Counted from the stretch's first letter, positions 25,525 to 36,439 are shown. The stretch is DNA of 64,000 nt from Candidatus Levyibacteriota bacterium (GCA_043823085.1 JBDRBE010000002.1:19312-83311), one strand, 5' to 3'. Numbers and translations are program-made. The notes: generated from the letters alone by a model not told the origin.

Positions 25525-27906
25525 TTAAAACCCCAGGTGGAAGATTTGTTGGAAGAAGGGGATGGTGGTGATAATTATTTGCAGAGTTATTGTTCCTAAA
25601 ACACCTAAAACCAACAAGCGGTTCATTTTGAATATCATTTTCCCTCGGACTAAAAAGGCCATTCCAAGATGAATAAAGATTAAAAGATTAAAAATAATAG
25701 TTCGGGAAAAAAGCTCTGTTTGTGAATTGAGTAAAATTTTAAACACTAAAAGAAGAAAAAAGGATAATCCAAAACCCACAATTGTAATAAACATTACATT
25801 GCCTTTTTCCAAAAGCGGGCTTTTGGGATTTCTTGGTTTATCTTTGATAAGCTGGGGATCTCTGTTATCGCTTGCCAGGGCCAAAGCGGGGATGCCATCG
25901 GTTACCAAATTAATCCACAAAATTTGAGTTGGCAAGAGGGGAAGGGGCAGTCCCAAAACAAGTGAAAAAAATACAAGCGAAATTTCCGAAAGGTTCCCGG
26001 ACAAAAGATAAGTAATTGATTTTAAAATATTATTGTAAATGGTTCTGCCTTCATCAATTGCTTTTACGAGCGTTGAATAATTATCATCAGTTAAAATAAT
26101 ATCAGAGGCTTCTTTGGCAACGTCTGTGCCTGATTCACCCATAGCAAGTCCCACATCAGCCCTTTTTAGGGCAAGGGCGTCATTAACCCCGTCTCCTGTT
26201 ACGCCAACAACAAAACCCTGTTTTTTTAAAATATTAACAAGTCTTAATTTATCTTCTGGTTTGGTTCTGGCAAAAATGGTTGTATCAGTAATGATTTTTT
26301 CCAAGTTTTCATCAGAAATTTTATCCAAATCAGAGCCTAGAACAATATCTTCTTCTTTTTCGATTAAGCCAACCTCTTTGGCAATGGCGTAGGCTGTAAG
26401 TTCGTTATCTCCGGTAACCATAATTGTTTTAATCCCGGCTTTTTTGGCATCAGCAATGGCATTTTTAACTTCAAGTCTAGGAGGATCATAAATTCCCACA
26501 AACCCTAAAAATTCAAGATCTTTTTCGAGATTCTCCCGGCTGGTATATTTATGACCATGGTCTAGGAATTTTTTACCAAAACCGATAATTCTTAAACCCT
26601 CTTTTGCCTCGAGAGAAAACAATTTGATAATGTTTTCTTTCTCTTTTGCAGTTAATGTGCTTTTTTCAAGAATAATTTCGAGAGAACCCCTAACATAGGC
26701 ATGTTTTTTCCCGCCTGCTTGCCAAACAGTGGTAATAGTTTTTGTGACCGGATCAAAAACAAATTCATCAATTACTTCTCCTTCATTTTTTAAACCATCA
26801 AGATCCTTATCATTTTCTTTTGCAAAAAGAAGAAGTGCGCCATCTGTTTTATCCCCGACAATATCAAAATCAGTACTGGATGCATTGCCTTCTTTTTTAA
26901 TTAAAGAAGCCGTATTTCCTAAAATACAAGCATTAATAAGATGAGGGAGAAGGTCCTTGTCTTTTGTCCAAACCTTTTTGACTTTCATTTTGTTTTGCGT
27001 TAACGTTCCGGTTTTATCAACCAAAAGTATTTGGACGGCACCCAAAGTTTCCACAGCCTGCATTTTTCGAACAATAGCATTCTTTTTTGCCATACGGTTT
27101 GTACCTATGCCCAAAGCGATAGTGATAACAGCAGGAAGGCTTTCAGGAATGGCGGCAACACCAATACTTATTGCTAAAAGTATAAGTGGGAAAAAAGTTT
27201 TTCCTTGAATTAGACCAATGGGAATTAATGAAAGAGATATAACAATAACAGTAATAGAAAGAATTTTTCCAAGACCACTTAGTTTTAAAGTAAGAGGAGT
27301 TTTTTCTGCTTCAATTTGAGAGAGAGACTCAGCAATTTGGCCAAAGCGGGAATTTTTACCTGTTTTTTCGATAATTAAACGTCCTCGTCCTTTAATAATC
27401 AAAGTGCCCGAAAAAATTTCATCATTGTGTTTTTTAATTACAGGAAGTGATTCACCGGTTAGAATTGACTCGTCAATTTCTACAGTGTGGGTAACCAATA
27501 TTTTTCCATCTGCCGGAATTCTGTCTCCCTCGGATAAAACGACAAGATCGCCCGGAACAAGTTCAAAGGTTGAAATTTGCATCTCTTTTCCGTTTCTAAT
27601 AACCCGCGACATGGGGGTAATAAAACTTTTAAGTTTTTCAAGAGATTTTTCTGCCCGATATTCCTGAATGAATCCAAAAAAAGAGTTTATTAAAAGAATA
27701 ACCAATATCAGAGTTCCATCAATAAGGTTTTGAGTTAAAAGAGAGAAAATTGCCGCCAAAAATAAAATGAGATTAATAAAAGTAGGGAATTGAGATAAAA
27801 ATAAAGTAATTGCCGAAAACGATTTTTTTACTACAATCTCGTTTTTACCAAATTCTAAAAGTTTTTTTTGTACCTCGGTTGATGTTAATCCTTGCTGTTT
27901 TTCCAT
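25525..27906 (-). CDS. P-type cation-transporting ATPase (type II, Ca2+/Mg2+-like)
   Basis: DKTGTLT phosphorylation motif (LVDKTGTLTQNKM), TGDGVNDALAL hinge, TGES actuator motif (LTGESLPV). 793 aa. Confidence 0.85.
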   Translation of the reverse strand: MEKQQGLTSTEVQKKLLEFGKNEIVVKKSFSAITLFLSQFPTFINLILFLAAIFSLLTQNLIDGTLILVILLINSFFGFIQEYRAEKSLEKLKSFITPMSRVIRNGKEMQISTFELVPGDLVVLSEGDRIPADGKILVTHTVEIDESILTGESLPVIKKHNDEIFSGTLIIKGRGRLIIEKTGKNSRFGQIAESLSQIEAEKTPLTLKLSGLGKILSITVIVISLSLIPIGLIQGKTFFPLILLAISIGVAAIPESLPAVITIALGIGTNRMAKKNAIVRKMQAVETLGAVQILLVDKTGTLTQNKMKVKKVWTKDKDLLPHLINACILGNTASLIKKEGNASSTDFDIVGDKTDGALLLFAKENDKDLDGLKNEGEVIDEFVFDPVTKTITTVWQAGGKKHAYVRGSLEIILEKSTLTAKEKENIIKLFSLEAKEGLRIIGFGKKFLDHGHKYTSRENLEKDLEFLGFVGIYDPPRLEVKNAIADAKKAGIKTIMVTGDNELTAYAIAKEVGLIEKEEDIVLGSDLDKISDENLEKIITDTTIFARTKPEDKLRLVNILKKQGFVVGVTGDGVNDALALKRADVGLAMGESGTDVAKEASDIILTDDNYSTLVKAIDEGRTIYNNILKSITYLLSGNLSEISLVFFSLVLGLPLPLLPTQILWINLVTDGIPALALASDNRDPQLIKDKPRNPKSPLLEKGNVMFITIVGFGLSFFLLLVFKILLNSQTELFSRTIIFNLLIFIHLGMAFLVRGKMIFKMNRLLVLGVLGTITLQIIITTIPFFQQIFHLGF

Positions 27907-28766
27907 TATTTTTGATTTTGCTTATAATCTATTATTATTTTAGCAATTTGTGAAATAGCTTTTTTGGTTTCGTTTTCTTTGCCGCCGATATCAGCTGTCA
28001 TAACTCCCAAAAAGAATTTATTGCCGTTTAATTCAATAACTCCTATATCATGAATGTTCCCAATTGCATCTCCGGTTTTGTGATAAATAATTGTATTTTT
28101 TGGCAAAAGCAGGGGGAGCCTGTCTTCGATATCAGTGTCTTTTAGAAAACCCAAAAGTTCCTTTGTCAAAGCAGGAGTCGTAATTTCATTTTTATAGATT
28201 TTTTTAAAAAGTAAAAATATGTCATAGTTTGAAGTTTTATTTTCGTTTATATCGGTTTGAGAGAGACCCCAATCATTTATAATTTTTTGAATATTATCAA
28301 TGCCGATTTTTGAGGCAATTAAATAATTGGCTGTATTATCCGACTCCTGGAGTGCAAGACGGGCGAGGGTTTTTAACGAATAAACACTGCCGGGTTCTTC
28401 GTATCTTAATCTGCCGGTTCCATAATCCTGAATGTCTTCTTTTTGCAGAGTAATTTGTTCGTCTAAATTAGCCTTATTTATATTGGCAAGATAATATAAA
28501 GCAGTAATAGTCGGCAGTTTATTAATGGATGCTGCAGTATAAATTTCTTTTTCATTAATGCCAAAAGAACTGCCGGAATTTAAATCAAAATAATAAATAC
28601 CGTAGGAGCCTTTTTGTTTTTTAATAAAATCGCCAATTTTGATTTTTAACTCATCTTTTTCGTTGGGGGGTCCGGTGAAAAGATTAAACTTTGGCAAAAA
28701 AGTTAAATTCCTGCCTATTATTAGAATGGCAAAGATAAATAAAATAATCGTCAAAAAATTTCTCAT
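27906..28766 (-). CDS. class A beta-lactamase-like / penicillin-binding serine hydrolase family protein
   Basis: S-x-x-K (AASINKLP), SDN (ESDNTANY), KTG (HKTGDAIG). Start set to the internal Met preceding a signal/TM segment (MRNFLTIILFIFAILIIG) to remove overlap with comM. Confidence 0.65.
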   Translation of the reverse strand: MRNFLTIILFIFAILIIGRNLTFLPKFNLFTGPPNEKDELKIKIGDFIKKQKGSYGIYYFDLNSGSSFGINEKEIYTAASINKLPTITALYYLANINKANLDEQITLQKEDIQDYGTGRLRYEEPGSVYSLKTLARLALQESDNTANYLIASKIGIDNIQKIINDWGLSQTDINENKTSNYDIFLLFKKIYKNEITTPALTKELLGFLKDTDIEDRLPLLLPKNTIIYHKTGDAIGNIHDIGVIELNGNKFFLGVMTADIGGKENETKKAISQIAKIIIDYKQNQK

Positions 28767-28770
28767 CAAA

Positions 28771-30312
28771 TTAAATAATATCAATTCTTGGTCGATATTG
28801 CAGCGCTTCGGCAATATGATTAGGTTGGATTTCTTTTGTACTTTCCAAATCCGCAATAGTTCTTGCCAATTTAATAGTTCGGTGATATGAACGGGCAGAC
28901 AAATTCATTTTAGAAACTGCCTGACGTAAAAGCGAAATACAATCATTTGATAGTTTACAAAATTCTTTGATATCTTTATTTGCCATTTCGGCATTGGAGG
29001 AAATTTTTGTTTTGCCTTTACCGGTTTTAAATCTTTTAACCTGTAAATCTTTTGCTTTTTGAACTCTTTTTCGAATAGTTTTGGAATTTTCTATTTTTAA
29101 ATTATCAGTGCTTGTTAACTTTTCTATTTTAACTGCCGGAACATCCAAATGAATATCAATTCTGTCAAGCATTGGCCCCGAAACTTTTTTTTGGTAGCGG
29201 ATAACAGCTCCTGGCATACATCTGCATTCATGGTGCGTGTCTCCTAAAAATCCGCAGGGACAGGGATTTTGGGCGGCCACCATCATAAATTTGGCAGGAA
29301 AGGCAATTCTTCCATGAGCACGGGAAATTGTGACAACTCCGTCTTCCATTGGTTGGCGCAAAGCCTCCAAAACATGTCTTGGAAATTCGGGAAATTCATC
29401 CAAAAACAAAACTCCGCGGTGAGCAAGTGAAATCTCGCCAGGTTTTGGAACAGCGCCTCCGCCAATTAAACCAATGCCAGAGGTTGTGTGATGCGGATTT
29501 CGAAAAGGCCTTTTGGTAACAATGCCAAGTTTATCCAAAAGTCCGGAAATACTGTAAATTTTTGTCACTTCAAGTGCTTCATCAAGCGTTAAATTCGGAA
29601 GAATTGAAGGAAGAGTTCTGGCGATTAAAGTTTTTCCCGCCCCCGGCGGGCCTTTGAGTAGAATATTATGCGAGCCGGCGGCGGCAATTTCCATGGCACG
29701 TTTTGCTTTTTCCTGACCTTTAATATCTGACATATCAAAATCAAAATTTTCATTAGTTAAATATTCGTTCAAGCTTTTATGTCTAAAAGGTTTAATTAAA
29801 GTTGTTTGACTTAAATGATTAAAAAGAGAAAGAAGGTTTTCCAGGGGATAAATATTAATTCCGCTCACAATTGCCGCCTCATACGCATTAATTTTTGGAA
29901 GATATAGATTTTTAATTTTTTTTGCAGTTGCCAAAAGCGCTTGGGGTAAAATTCCATTGGTGTGTCTTAGTCTCCCGTCAAGCGATAATTCTCCGGTAAA
30001 AAGTGAGTCATTGATTTTTGCATTCAACTGCTGCGATGCAAGTAAAATTCCAAGGGCAATTGGTAAATCATAAGACGGTCCTTCTTTTGGCAAATCAGCC
30101 GGAGCTAAATTAACCGTAATTCTTTTGGCCGGAAAATCAGCGCCGGAATTTTTAATCGCACTCCTGACTCTTTCTTTGGCTTCTTCAACAGCTTTATCGG
30201 GAAGACCGACAATGGTAAAAGAGGGCAGGCCTTGCGAGGCAATATCAACTTCAACTTCAACCGGAACCGCATCCAAACCTACAATGGCCGCCGAATTAAC
30301 TCTGGAAAGCAT
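28771..30312 (-). CDS. comM: Mg-chelatase-like AAA+ ATPase YifB/ComM
   Basis: N-terminal Lon-like domain (MLSRVNSAAIVGLDAVPVEVEVDI), Walker A GPPGAGKT, Walker B VLFLDEFPEF, C-terminal ComM signature. Confidence 0.85.
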   Translation of the reverse strand: MLSRVNSAAIVGLDAVPVEVEVDIASQGLPSFTIVGLPDKAVEEAKERVRSAIKNSGADFPAKRITVNLAPADLPKEGPSYDLPIALGILLASQQLNAKINDSLFTGELSLDGRLRHTNGILPQALLATAKKIKNLYLPKINAYEAAIVSGINIYPLENLLSLFNHLSQTTLIKPFRHKSLNEYLTNENFDFDMSDIKGQEKAKRAMEIAAAGSHNILLKGPPGAGKTLIARTLPSILPNLTLDEALEVTKIYSISGLLDKLGIVTKRPFRNPHHTTSGIGLIGGGAVPKPGEISLAHRGVLFLDEFPEFPRHVLEALRQPMEDGVVTISRAHGRIAFPAKFMMVAAQNPCPCGFLGDTHHECRCMPGAVIRYQKKVSGPMLDRIDIHLDVPAVKIEKLTSTDNLKIENSKTIRKRVQKAKDLQVKRFKTGKGKTKISSNAEMANKDIKEFCKLSNDCISLLRQAVSKMNLSARSYHRTIKLARTIADLESTKEIQPNHIAEALQYRPRIDII

Positions 30313-30346
30313 ACTATTATAATAACATAAGGGTTAATGATATAAT

Positions 30347-30793
30347 TTGCTTATGCTACCAAGTTCTGAATTAATGCCACCAGCTCCTAAATTAAATAAT
30401 TTTGCATGGGAAGGCAAGCCTCAGCCGGTTAAGTTTGTAGAAACTTCGCAAGTAACAAAGGGAGTCGAGTGCGATGTGTATGGTTTTGAAAATGATTCAA
30501 CTAAAGATTTGGGAATAATAAGAGTTCAGTGTGGTTGCAAAACGCCTTTGCAAAAAGTTCTGGGAGGAGATACAACCATCGAGGGGTATTTTTCAGGAAA
30601 AGGAAATCTCGATATAAAAAGAGCCAATGGAGAAAAGGAGACATATCAAGTTGGTGAAAAACCTGAAGAAAAATTTTCAATATCTGTAGAGATTGGTGAT
30701 TTAATGCAATGGCATGCGGCTGAAAATTCAGATCTTACCATATATGAAATTTGCTTCCCTCCTTACGCTGATGGAAGATTTGAAAATATTTAA
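30347..30793 (+). CDS. hypothetical protein (possible cupin-like beta-barrel)
   Basis: 148 aa ORF, no TM. A conserved-looking GDLMQWHAAENSDLTIYEICFPP segment. Confidence 0.4.
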   Translation: MLMLPSSELMPPAPKLNNFAWEGKPQPVKFVETSQVTKGVECDVYGFENDSTKDLGIIRVQCGCKTPLQKVLGGDTTIEGYFSGKGNLDIKRANGEKETYQVGEKPEEKFSISVEIGDLMQWHAAENSDLTIYEICFPPYADGRFENI

Positions 30794-30818
30794 AGAGAGC
30801 TTCTGATATAATTACATC

Positions 30819-31214
30819 ATGGATGATGATTTAAAAAAGATTATTGAGAGTTCTTCGTTTGTTGTTCATGAGGGAAGATTTATCTATACAAAAGTAAAGA
30901 CAGCGCCAGAAGTAAACAATCATTTTTTAGTAAGCAAAGATAGTGATGAAATTACAGTTATAACAAAAGAAGAAAATCTTTTGGAACTTGATTTAATTGA
31001 GAAAAATAAAGACATTTATTCATTAATTGAATTGAGAGTCTCTGTGCCTTTCTATCCTGTGGGGTTTTTAGCTGCTGTTAGTTCAGCGATTGCGAGTAAA
31101 AGAATGAATGTTCTTATAGTTTCAACTTACTCAAAAGACTATTTTTTAGTCAGAGAAGAACATGAAGAAAAAACAATTCAAGTATTAATGGAGCTCGGAT
31201 TTTCAGCAGAATAG
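30819..31214 (+). CDS. hypothetical protein (possible ACT-like regulatory fold)
   Basis: 131 aa ORF. Alternating beta-alpha pattern ending ...MNVLIVSTYSKDYFLVREEHEEKTIQVLMELGF. Confidence 0.4.
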   Translation: MDDDLKKIIESSSFVVHEGRFIYTKVKTAPEVNNHFLVSKDSDEITVITKEENLLELDLIEKNKDIYSLIELRVSVPFYPVGFLAAVSSAIASKRMNVLIVSTYSKDYFLVREEHEEKTIQVLMELGFSAE

Positions 31215-31250
31215 ACTTTAACATTGTTCATTGAAAGGGAAAAATTTTGA

Positions 31251-31469
31251 TTATCTCTTTTGAGGAAGAGGGGCGTATTCTCCGACAGCCTTTAAGTAAT
31301 CAGCAATAGGTTTTTGTCCCTCTGGTAAGTTAATATTTCCAGTTTTTATCATTTCACTAACCTCTTGAGGGCTCATTGCAAAATATACATGTACTAAATT
31401 AAAATTATCCTTTATCATCTCCTCCCATGCCGCGGTCATTCTCTGCGATGGTGTTAGGCATTCTTTCAT
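31251..31469 (-). CDS. small hypothetical protein
   Basis: 72 aa ORF on the minus strand between two plus-strand genes. No recognisable motif. Confidence 0.3.
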   Translation of the reverse strand: MKECLTPSQRMTAAWEEMIKDNFNLVHVYFAMSPQEVSEMIKTGNINLPEGQKPIADYLKAVGEYAPLPQKR

Positions 31470-31515
31470 ACTCGATTTGGATTATATCACAAGACAAAAG
31501 TTGTATAATTGGGCT

Positions 31516-32218
31516 GATGGATAAGGTTTGTGATTATCTCCAAGAGCTTTATGTAAATTTTCCTCGTTATGTATTATCAGCAGAGGATAAAAAGGTAATT
31601 GAACATTTGGGCAAAGCGGAATGGATAACGCAGAAACTAATTCTTGGGAAATTTCGAAAAGCCAAAATTAGCCAAAATTCAAGACAGGATATTTTTGATA
31701 AAGTTTCATTAAGTCTAAAAGAAAATAAACCACTTTATTTAATTATTTGTTTTGGGGGATACAAGCATTTTTGGAATCCATCGCATCCGCAAATTGATTT
31801 TGCAGAATTTTTTAACCTGCGTTTTATGAGCGAATATTTTGCTCCTATTTTGGTAGTTCATCCACCAGGAGTGATTCTTGATTATGAATCCGAAGATGTT
31901 ATTTTGCCAATGATGAATAATTATCCGGAAAGCGCACTGGATGAGTACGCCCAGAGTTTTAGAGAGTTAATCAAATTATACACTCAAAATATTCCTAAAA
32001 ATTTTAAAATTAATTATGTGCGTTCGCAAGAGCAATACGATACCTCAAAAGTATTTAAGAGAATTACGGAGTTAATGCCCAAAAAGCGAAAGGAATGGAA
32101 AAAATTATCAAAAGAAGAAAGAGAAAAGCGTCTCCACAAAGCAGCAAATTCTATTATGTGGAAAGGCAAAGAAGATTTAACAGGTCTTAATGAAAAAGAG
32201 AAAAGAAAAAAAATTTAA
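31516..32218 (+). CDS. hypothetical protein, Lys-rich C-terminus
   Basis: Start chosen at the ATG (MDKVCDYLQ...) 7 nt downstream of an extended -10 (tgtTATAAT at 31502-31509). The track ORF begins at 31427 but would overlap the minus-strand ORF. Confidence 0.45.
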
Positions 32219-32245
32219 GAATCAAGAATCCTTAATGAAACCTAC

Positions 32246-32557
32246 TTGGAAGCAGACTATGAATTTCGAAAAGATTATTTTGCAGGTGATAATCACATCT
32301 CGCTTGTTCTCTCCTGGGGAACAACAGAAATGAATGTTGATAATTGTCTGACTTTGGGTTCGACTTATTCTTCCAGTGTTGATTTTTGGATTGGGCGGGG
32401 AATTCTGGAGGATAGGGGCAATAAATTTGTTCCGCGCATAGTTTCCAAAAATCAACATGAATCCATCAAGCACAAATTAAAGCAAGTCAAGACAAATGTT
32501 ATCCCTTTCAAAAACTTCTCCGAAATCGAAGTTTATGAGGGAATGCTAAACTTTTAA
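32246..32557 (+). CDS. small hypothetical protein
   Basis: 103 aa ORF, no recognisable motifs. Confidence 0.35.
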   Translation: MEADYEFRKDYFAGDNHISLVLSWGTTEMNVDNCLTLGSTYSSSVDFWIGRGILEDRGNKFVPRIVSKNQHESIKHKLKQVKTNVIPFKNFSEIEVYEGMLNF

Positions 32558-32565
32558 TAATATTT

Positions 32566-33609
32566 ATGTCTAATAAACAGAATTTTGAAAAATTATTTTC
32601 CAGGGATTTTTCACTTCCTTCTGTCGAGGTGTGGGTTAGGGGAGAAAGTACAAGATCTAAGGGATGGACTAAAGAAAAACAACCATTCTTGCCTTATATA
32701 GTTACAGAACGCTCAGACGACACTGTCCATTTTTATTATAATTTACAGGGAGTTGAATGGGTGCAAGACCTTTTGGTCAAACTTGCGCATGAACATAGTG
32801 CTTTTATAACTACAATTGAAAAAACTGTATTAGAAAAACTTACTTTTATAAGACCAATTTATGAAAAAGAAAAAGCAATTGATCTTTCATCTTTAAAACG
32901 ATTTATAAAAGAACTTGAAGATGGATATTCTTGGTTTGAAGCGATGTGGTGGTTTTTCCAAATGGATGATGAATCTAAGATAGCGGAATTTGATTTAGAA
33001 AACTTAGCCAAAGTAAGAACGCTTACAGATAAGCTGTGTAATAGTTCTGACACTGTTATTAGAAAATCATTGGCTAAAATTTATCCCCAACTTGGTAATT
33101 TATCCTCGGTTTTAACTACTAAAGAGATACAGTCGGATGATTTCCCTGGTAAACAAGAACTGGAAAAAAGATATGAGGGATATTTTTTCACGAACAATCA
33201 ATTATTTGTAGGTACCACTAAACCACAAGTCGCGCAAAAGTTAGGCATACATTTTACAGAAGAAAGAGTCAAAAAAGTAAAGCAATTAAAAGGCAATGTT
33301 GCCTGTCAGGGATTTATTAAGGGATATGTAAGAAGACTTATGGGGCATGATCAAATTCATCTACTTCAAGAAGGAGAAATACTGGTTTCTCCAATGACAA
33401 TTCCAGACTTTTTGCCTGCTATGAAAAAGGCAGTGGCATTTGTGACGGACGAAGGCGGCATGCTTTGTCATGCCGCGATTGTTGCAAGAGAATTAAATAA
33501 GCCATGTATTGTCGGGACAGGAATTGCGACTCAAGTCTTAAAAGACGGCGATTTGGTCGAAGTCGACGCAAATACAGGAGTTGTAAAGATCTTAAAACGG
33601 TTTCATTGA
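32566..33609 (+). CDS. PEP-utilising-enzyme mobile (phosphohistidine swivel) domain protein
   Basis: C-terminal AVAFVTDEGGMLCHAAIVARELNKPCIVGTG...GDLVEVDANTGVV, the swivel domain with catalytic His in CHAAI. The N-terminal 250 aa are unassigned. Confidence 0.7.
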   Translation: MSNKQNFEKLFSRDFSLPSVEVWVRGESTRSKGWTKEKQPFLPYIVTERSDDTVHFYYNLQGVEWVQDLLVKLAHEHSAFITTIEKTVLEKLTFIRPIYEKEKAIDLSSLKRFIKELEDGYSWFEAMWWFFQMDDESKIAEFDLENLAKVRTLTDKLCNSSDTVIRKSLAKIYPQLGNLSSVLTTKEIQSDDFPGKQELEKRYEGYFFTNNQLFVGTTKPQVAQKLGIHFTEERVKKVKQLKGNVACQGFIKGYVRRLMGHDQIHLLQEGEILVSPMTIPDFLPAMKKAVAFVTDEGGMLCHAAIVARELNKPCIVGTGIATQVLKDGDLVEVDANTGVVKILKRFH

Positions 33610-33639
33610 CAAAATAGCCTAAAAATTGTATAGTAGGCT

Positions 33640-34803
33640 ATGGATACGGATAAAACCACAGCCTGCTGTAACAGTATTCCTCAAGGTCTTACCTTTGATG
33701 ATGTTCTCCTAATGCCCGGATTTGCCGATTTTAACCGTTCGGATATTAGCCTTTCTACCAAATTAACCAAAAAAATCACTTTGGCTCTTCCTTTTGTTTC
33801 TTCGCCAATGGACACTGTTACCGAAAGTAAATTGGCAATTGCTTTGGCAAAAATGGGAGGAATTGGCATTATTCACCGTAATTTGACTATCCAAGATCAG
33901 GCAAATGAAGTTGCAACTGTCAAAAAATTAAAACTACTCGTTGGCGCAGCAGTTGGAGCAAGCAATGGATTTGAAGAAAGAGCGAAAGCCTTAATAAAGG
34001 CAGGAGTTGACGTAATCGTAGTTGATTCAGCCCATGGATTTTCCAGACAAGTTTTATCAGCCGTTAAATATATCAAAGCAAAATATCCAAAAATGCAAAT
34101 TATTGCCGGAAATGTAGCAACAAAAGATGGAGCACAAGCTTTAATAACGGCTGGCGCAGATGGTTTGCGAGTTGGCATGGGGCCAGGAGCGATTTGCACT
34201 ACAAGAATAATTTCGGGAATGGGAGTGCCTCAAATGACAGCAATTATGGAATCAGCAAAGGCCGCCCAAAAAAGTAATGTGCCAATAATTGCCGACGGAG
34301 GAATAAAATACTCCGGCGATATTGTAAAAGCTTTAAGCGCAGGCGCGTCAACTGTTATGATCGGAGGTCTTTTTGCTTCATGCAAAGAAGCTCCGGGCAA
34401 AATTTTAAAATTAACAAGAGATCAGGTCCCACATCGTTTTAAAAGCATATTCAAAGAAAATATTAAAACCTATCAGTTTAAAGAATACCGGGGGATGGGT
34501 TCAATTGCCGCCATGCAGGAGGGGGCAAAGATAAAATCCGAAGATGAATTTCATGGAAAAGATTATTATAAAGAAAGAATTTTAGTGGCAGAAGGAGTGG
34601 AGGGATTTGTTCCAATTAAAGGAACTATAAATGATGTGATTTTACAATTTATCGGAGGTATTAAATCGGGAATGTATTATATCGGAGCAAAAAATGTTAA
34701 CGAGCTTTGGCAAAAAGCAAAGTTTATTCAAATAACTCAAGCGTCACTTTTGGAAAGTCACCCTCATGATATTTTAATTACAAACCCCGGCAAAAATTAT
34801 TAA
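33640..34803 (+). CDS. guaB: inosine-5'-monophosphate dehydrogenase lacking the CBS subdomain
   Basis: GIGIIHRNL, catalytic Cys loop [31 protein letters not shown], flap [10 protein letters not shown]. Only 387 aa. Confidence 0.75.
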   Translation: MDTDKTTACCNSIPQGLTFDDVLLMPGFADFNRSDISLSTKLTKKITLALPFVSSPMDTVTESKLAIALAKMGGIGIIHRNLTIQDQANEVATVKKLKLLVGAAVGASNGFEERAKALIKAGVDVIVVDSAHGFSRQVLSAVKYIKAKYPKMQIIAGNVATKDGAQALITAGADGLRVGMGPGAICTTRIISGMGVPQMTAIMESAKAAQKSNVPIIADGGIKYSGDIVKALSAGASTVMIGGLFASCKEAPGKILKLTRDQVPHRFKSIFKENIKTYQFKEYRGMGSIAAMQEGAKIKSEDEFHGKDYYKERILVAEGVEGFVPIKGTINDVILQFIGGIKSGMYYIGAKNVNELWQKAKFIQITQASLLESHPHDILITNPGKNY

Positions 34804-36371
34804 GAAAGAGTGATAATATTTTCTCGTAAAGGTCCGGTTGTGACAATTGTAATTGGAAAGCCGGTTCTTTTTTGAACAAAGGAAAGAAATTTTAAAGCAT
34901 TAATTGGCAAATCTTCCATTTTTTTTGCTTTTCTGCATTTTTCTCCGTCCCAGCCGGGAAGTTTAATATAACTTGGGATAACATTTTTTTGATAGCGAAG
35001 ACCTGGTTGATACGGAACATAATCTCCCTTTTGATTTTTATAATGTGTGCAAACCATAATGGTTTGATTTTCTTTTGCAATATCTAGATGTGTTCCAACC
35101 AGTATTTCAATTCCTGACATTCTGGCGTTATATGAAAGAAAAGCCAAATCTAAATGATTAATATCGCGCGGTCTTCCGGTTGTTGCGCCGTATTCGTTGG
35201 CAGTTTCTCTAACATAGGCCGCCCATTTTTGTTCTTGGGATGCGTTTTTTGGTAAATCTTTTAAGTCTTTTGGTAAATCAACATGGGTTGGCATTTTTCT
35301 TGCGCCAACACTTGAAGTGTAAGGAATTTTGAAAACGCCAATTCTGTCTTCGATAAGTTTTGGTGACCACAAAGCAGTACCTTCTCGCAGTCCGTACATG
35401 GAAGTGTTAGATGAAGTAACGTCGGGTCTTGTGCCAAGCCAGGCATCCAGTCCTTGGGCTTGCGAGCCTTCAAAAATAATGCCGATTGTGTTGTTGTTAT
35501 AAATTTTTTGATGCATTAAAAAAGTGTTAATTACAAAATTTCTTTTAATAAGCCAATCCCTGATTTCTTTAAGGTTTTTCAAGAATTCTTTTTCGCTTCC
35601 AACTTTGCGTTTTTGCATTTTTCCGTTTCTCGATGGTTTATAATCAGGGGTTTGGACCGTAGCAAGGTTAATTCCAAAAACCGAAAATTCCTTTTTGTAG
35701 CGGTTATAGTAGTCTTTAAGGGTATTTTTCCAATTATTATCTAATAAATCGTAAATTTTTAATCCCAGTCGATCGTAGTGATGTGCGTAAGAAGGGGATA
35801 TGCCCCGCCCTGTTCCGCCTTTTACTTCATCCCGTTTTAAACTGTTTAAAATTTCTTCGGCTCTTTCCAAATCTGTGCAGAGAATGGCATTTTCCGATAA
35901 AAACAGCCTGCCTTTTAAACTGCGGATGCTTTTTTCGATATATTCAATTTCGGTTCGAAGATCCTGCGGGTGGATAACCATTCCCTGATCCATAATTCCT
36001 ATGGCTTGCGGGTGCAAAACACCGCTTGGCACTAAATGCAAAGCAAGTCGCAGGCCTTTCTTTTCGATAGTATGGCCGGCGTTATTTCCTCCTTGAAAAC
36101 GAATAACGGCAATCTTTTTAACCCCGCGTTTTTCAAGCATAATTTTGATTTCATTGTCAACAAATCTGCCTTTTCCTTCGTCGCCAAGGGCTACTCCGAC
36201 AATTGCCACAGAATTTTTTCTGGATAAATGGCAAAAGATTTTATCGATTCCTTTTGGCCAGCCAAGTAAAATTTTGTTTTTTTTGTAGATTAAATCAATA
36301 TCCTTCTGGATTCCATTATGAGGTCTTTTAAATAAGTCGTCTTGAATTTTGGAAAGCATTTTTAAACGCAA
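34800..36371 (-). CDS. purA: adenylosuccinate synthetase (long form, 523 aa)
   Basis: GDEGKGR P-loop (VALGDEGKGRFVD). GGNNAGHT. GTTGRG-like TTGRPRD. Extended N- and internal segments. Confidence 0.75.
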   Translation of the reverse strand: MRLKMLSKIQDDLFKRPHNGIQKDIDLIYKKNKILLGWPKGIDKIFCHLSRKNSVAIVGVALGDEGKGRFVDNEIKIMLEKRGVKKIAVIRFQGGNNAGHTIEKKGLRLALHLVPSGVLHPQAIGIMDQGMVIHPQDLRTEIEYIEKSIRSLKGRLFLSENAILCTDLERAEEILNSLKRDEVKGGTGRGISPSYAHHYDRLGLKIYDLLDNNWKNTLKDYYNRYKKEFSVFGINLATVQTPDYKPSRNGKMQKRKVGSEKEFLKNLKEIRDWLIKRNFVINTFLMHQKIYNNNTIGIIFEGSQAQGLDAWLGTRPDVTSSNTSMYGLREGTALWSPKLIEDRIGVFKIPYTSSVGARKMPTHVDLPKDLKDLPKNASQEQKWAAYVRETANEYGATTGRPRDINHLDLAFLSYNARMSGIEILVGTHLDIAKENQTIMVCTHYKNQKGDYVPYQPGLRYQKNVIPSYIKLPGWDGEKCRKAKKMEDLPINALKFLSFVQKRTGFPITIVTTGPLRENIITLS

Positions 36372-36439
36372 ATGTGAGTATAAACTAAATAAAATGCGCC
36401 GTCAATATACTTTTTGGCCGAAATTAGATATAATATAGT

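Noticed and set aside
25451-25525. N-terminal 25-codon extension of the lipase ORF (MHVTPPRCNNIPPLHFKKPLTTLVL)
   Set aside because: It runs through the 24-nt palindrome and precedes a perfect signal peptide starting at the next Met. Start moved to 25450.
36372-36439. Purine riboswitch upstream of guaA or purA
   Set aside because: The 68-nt divergent spacer is too short and lacks the conserved purine-aptamer junction sequences. It contains only promoter-like TATAAT elements.
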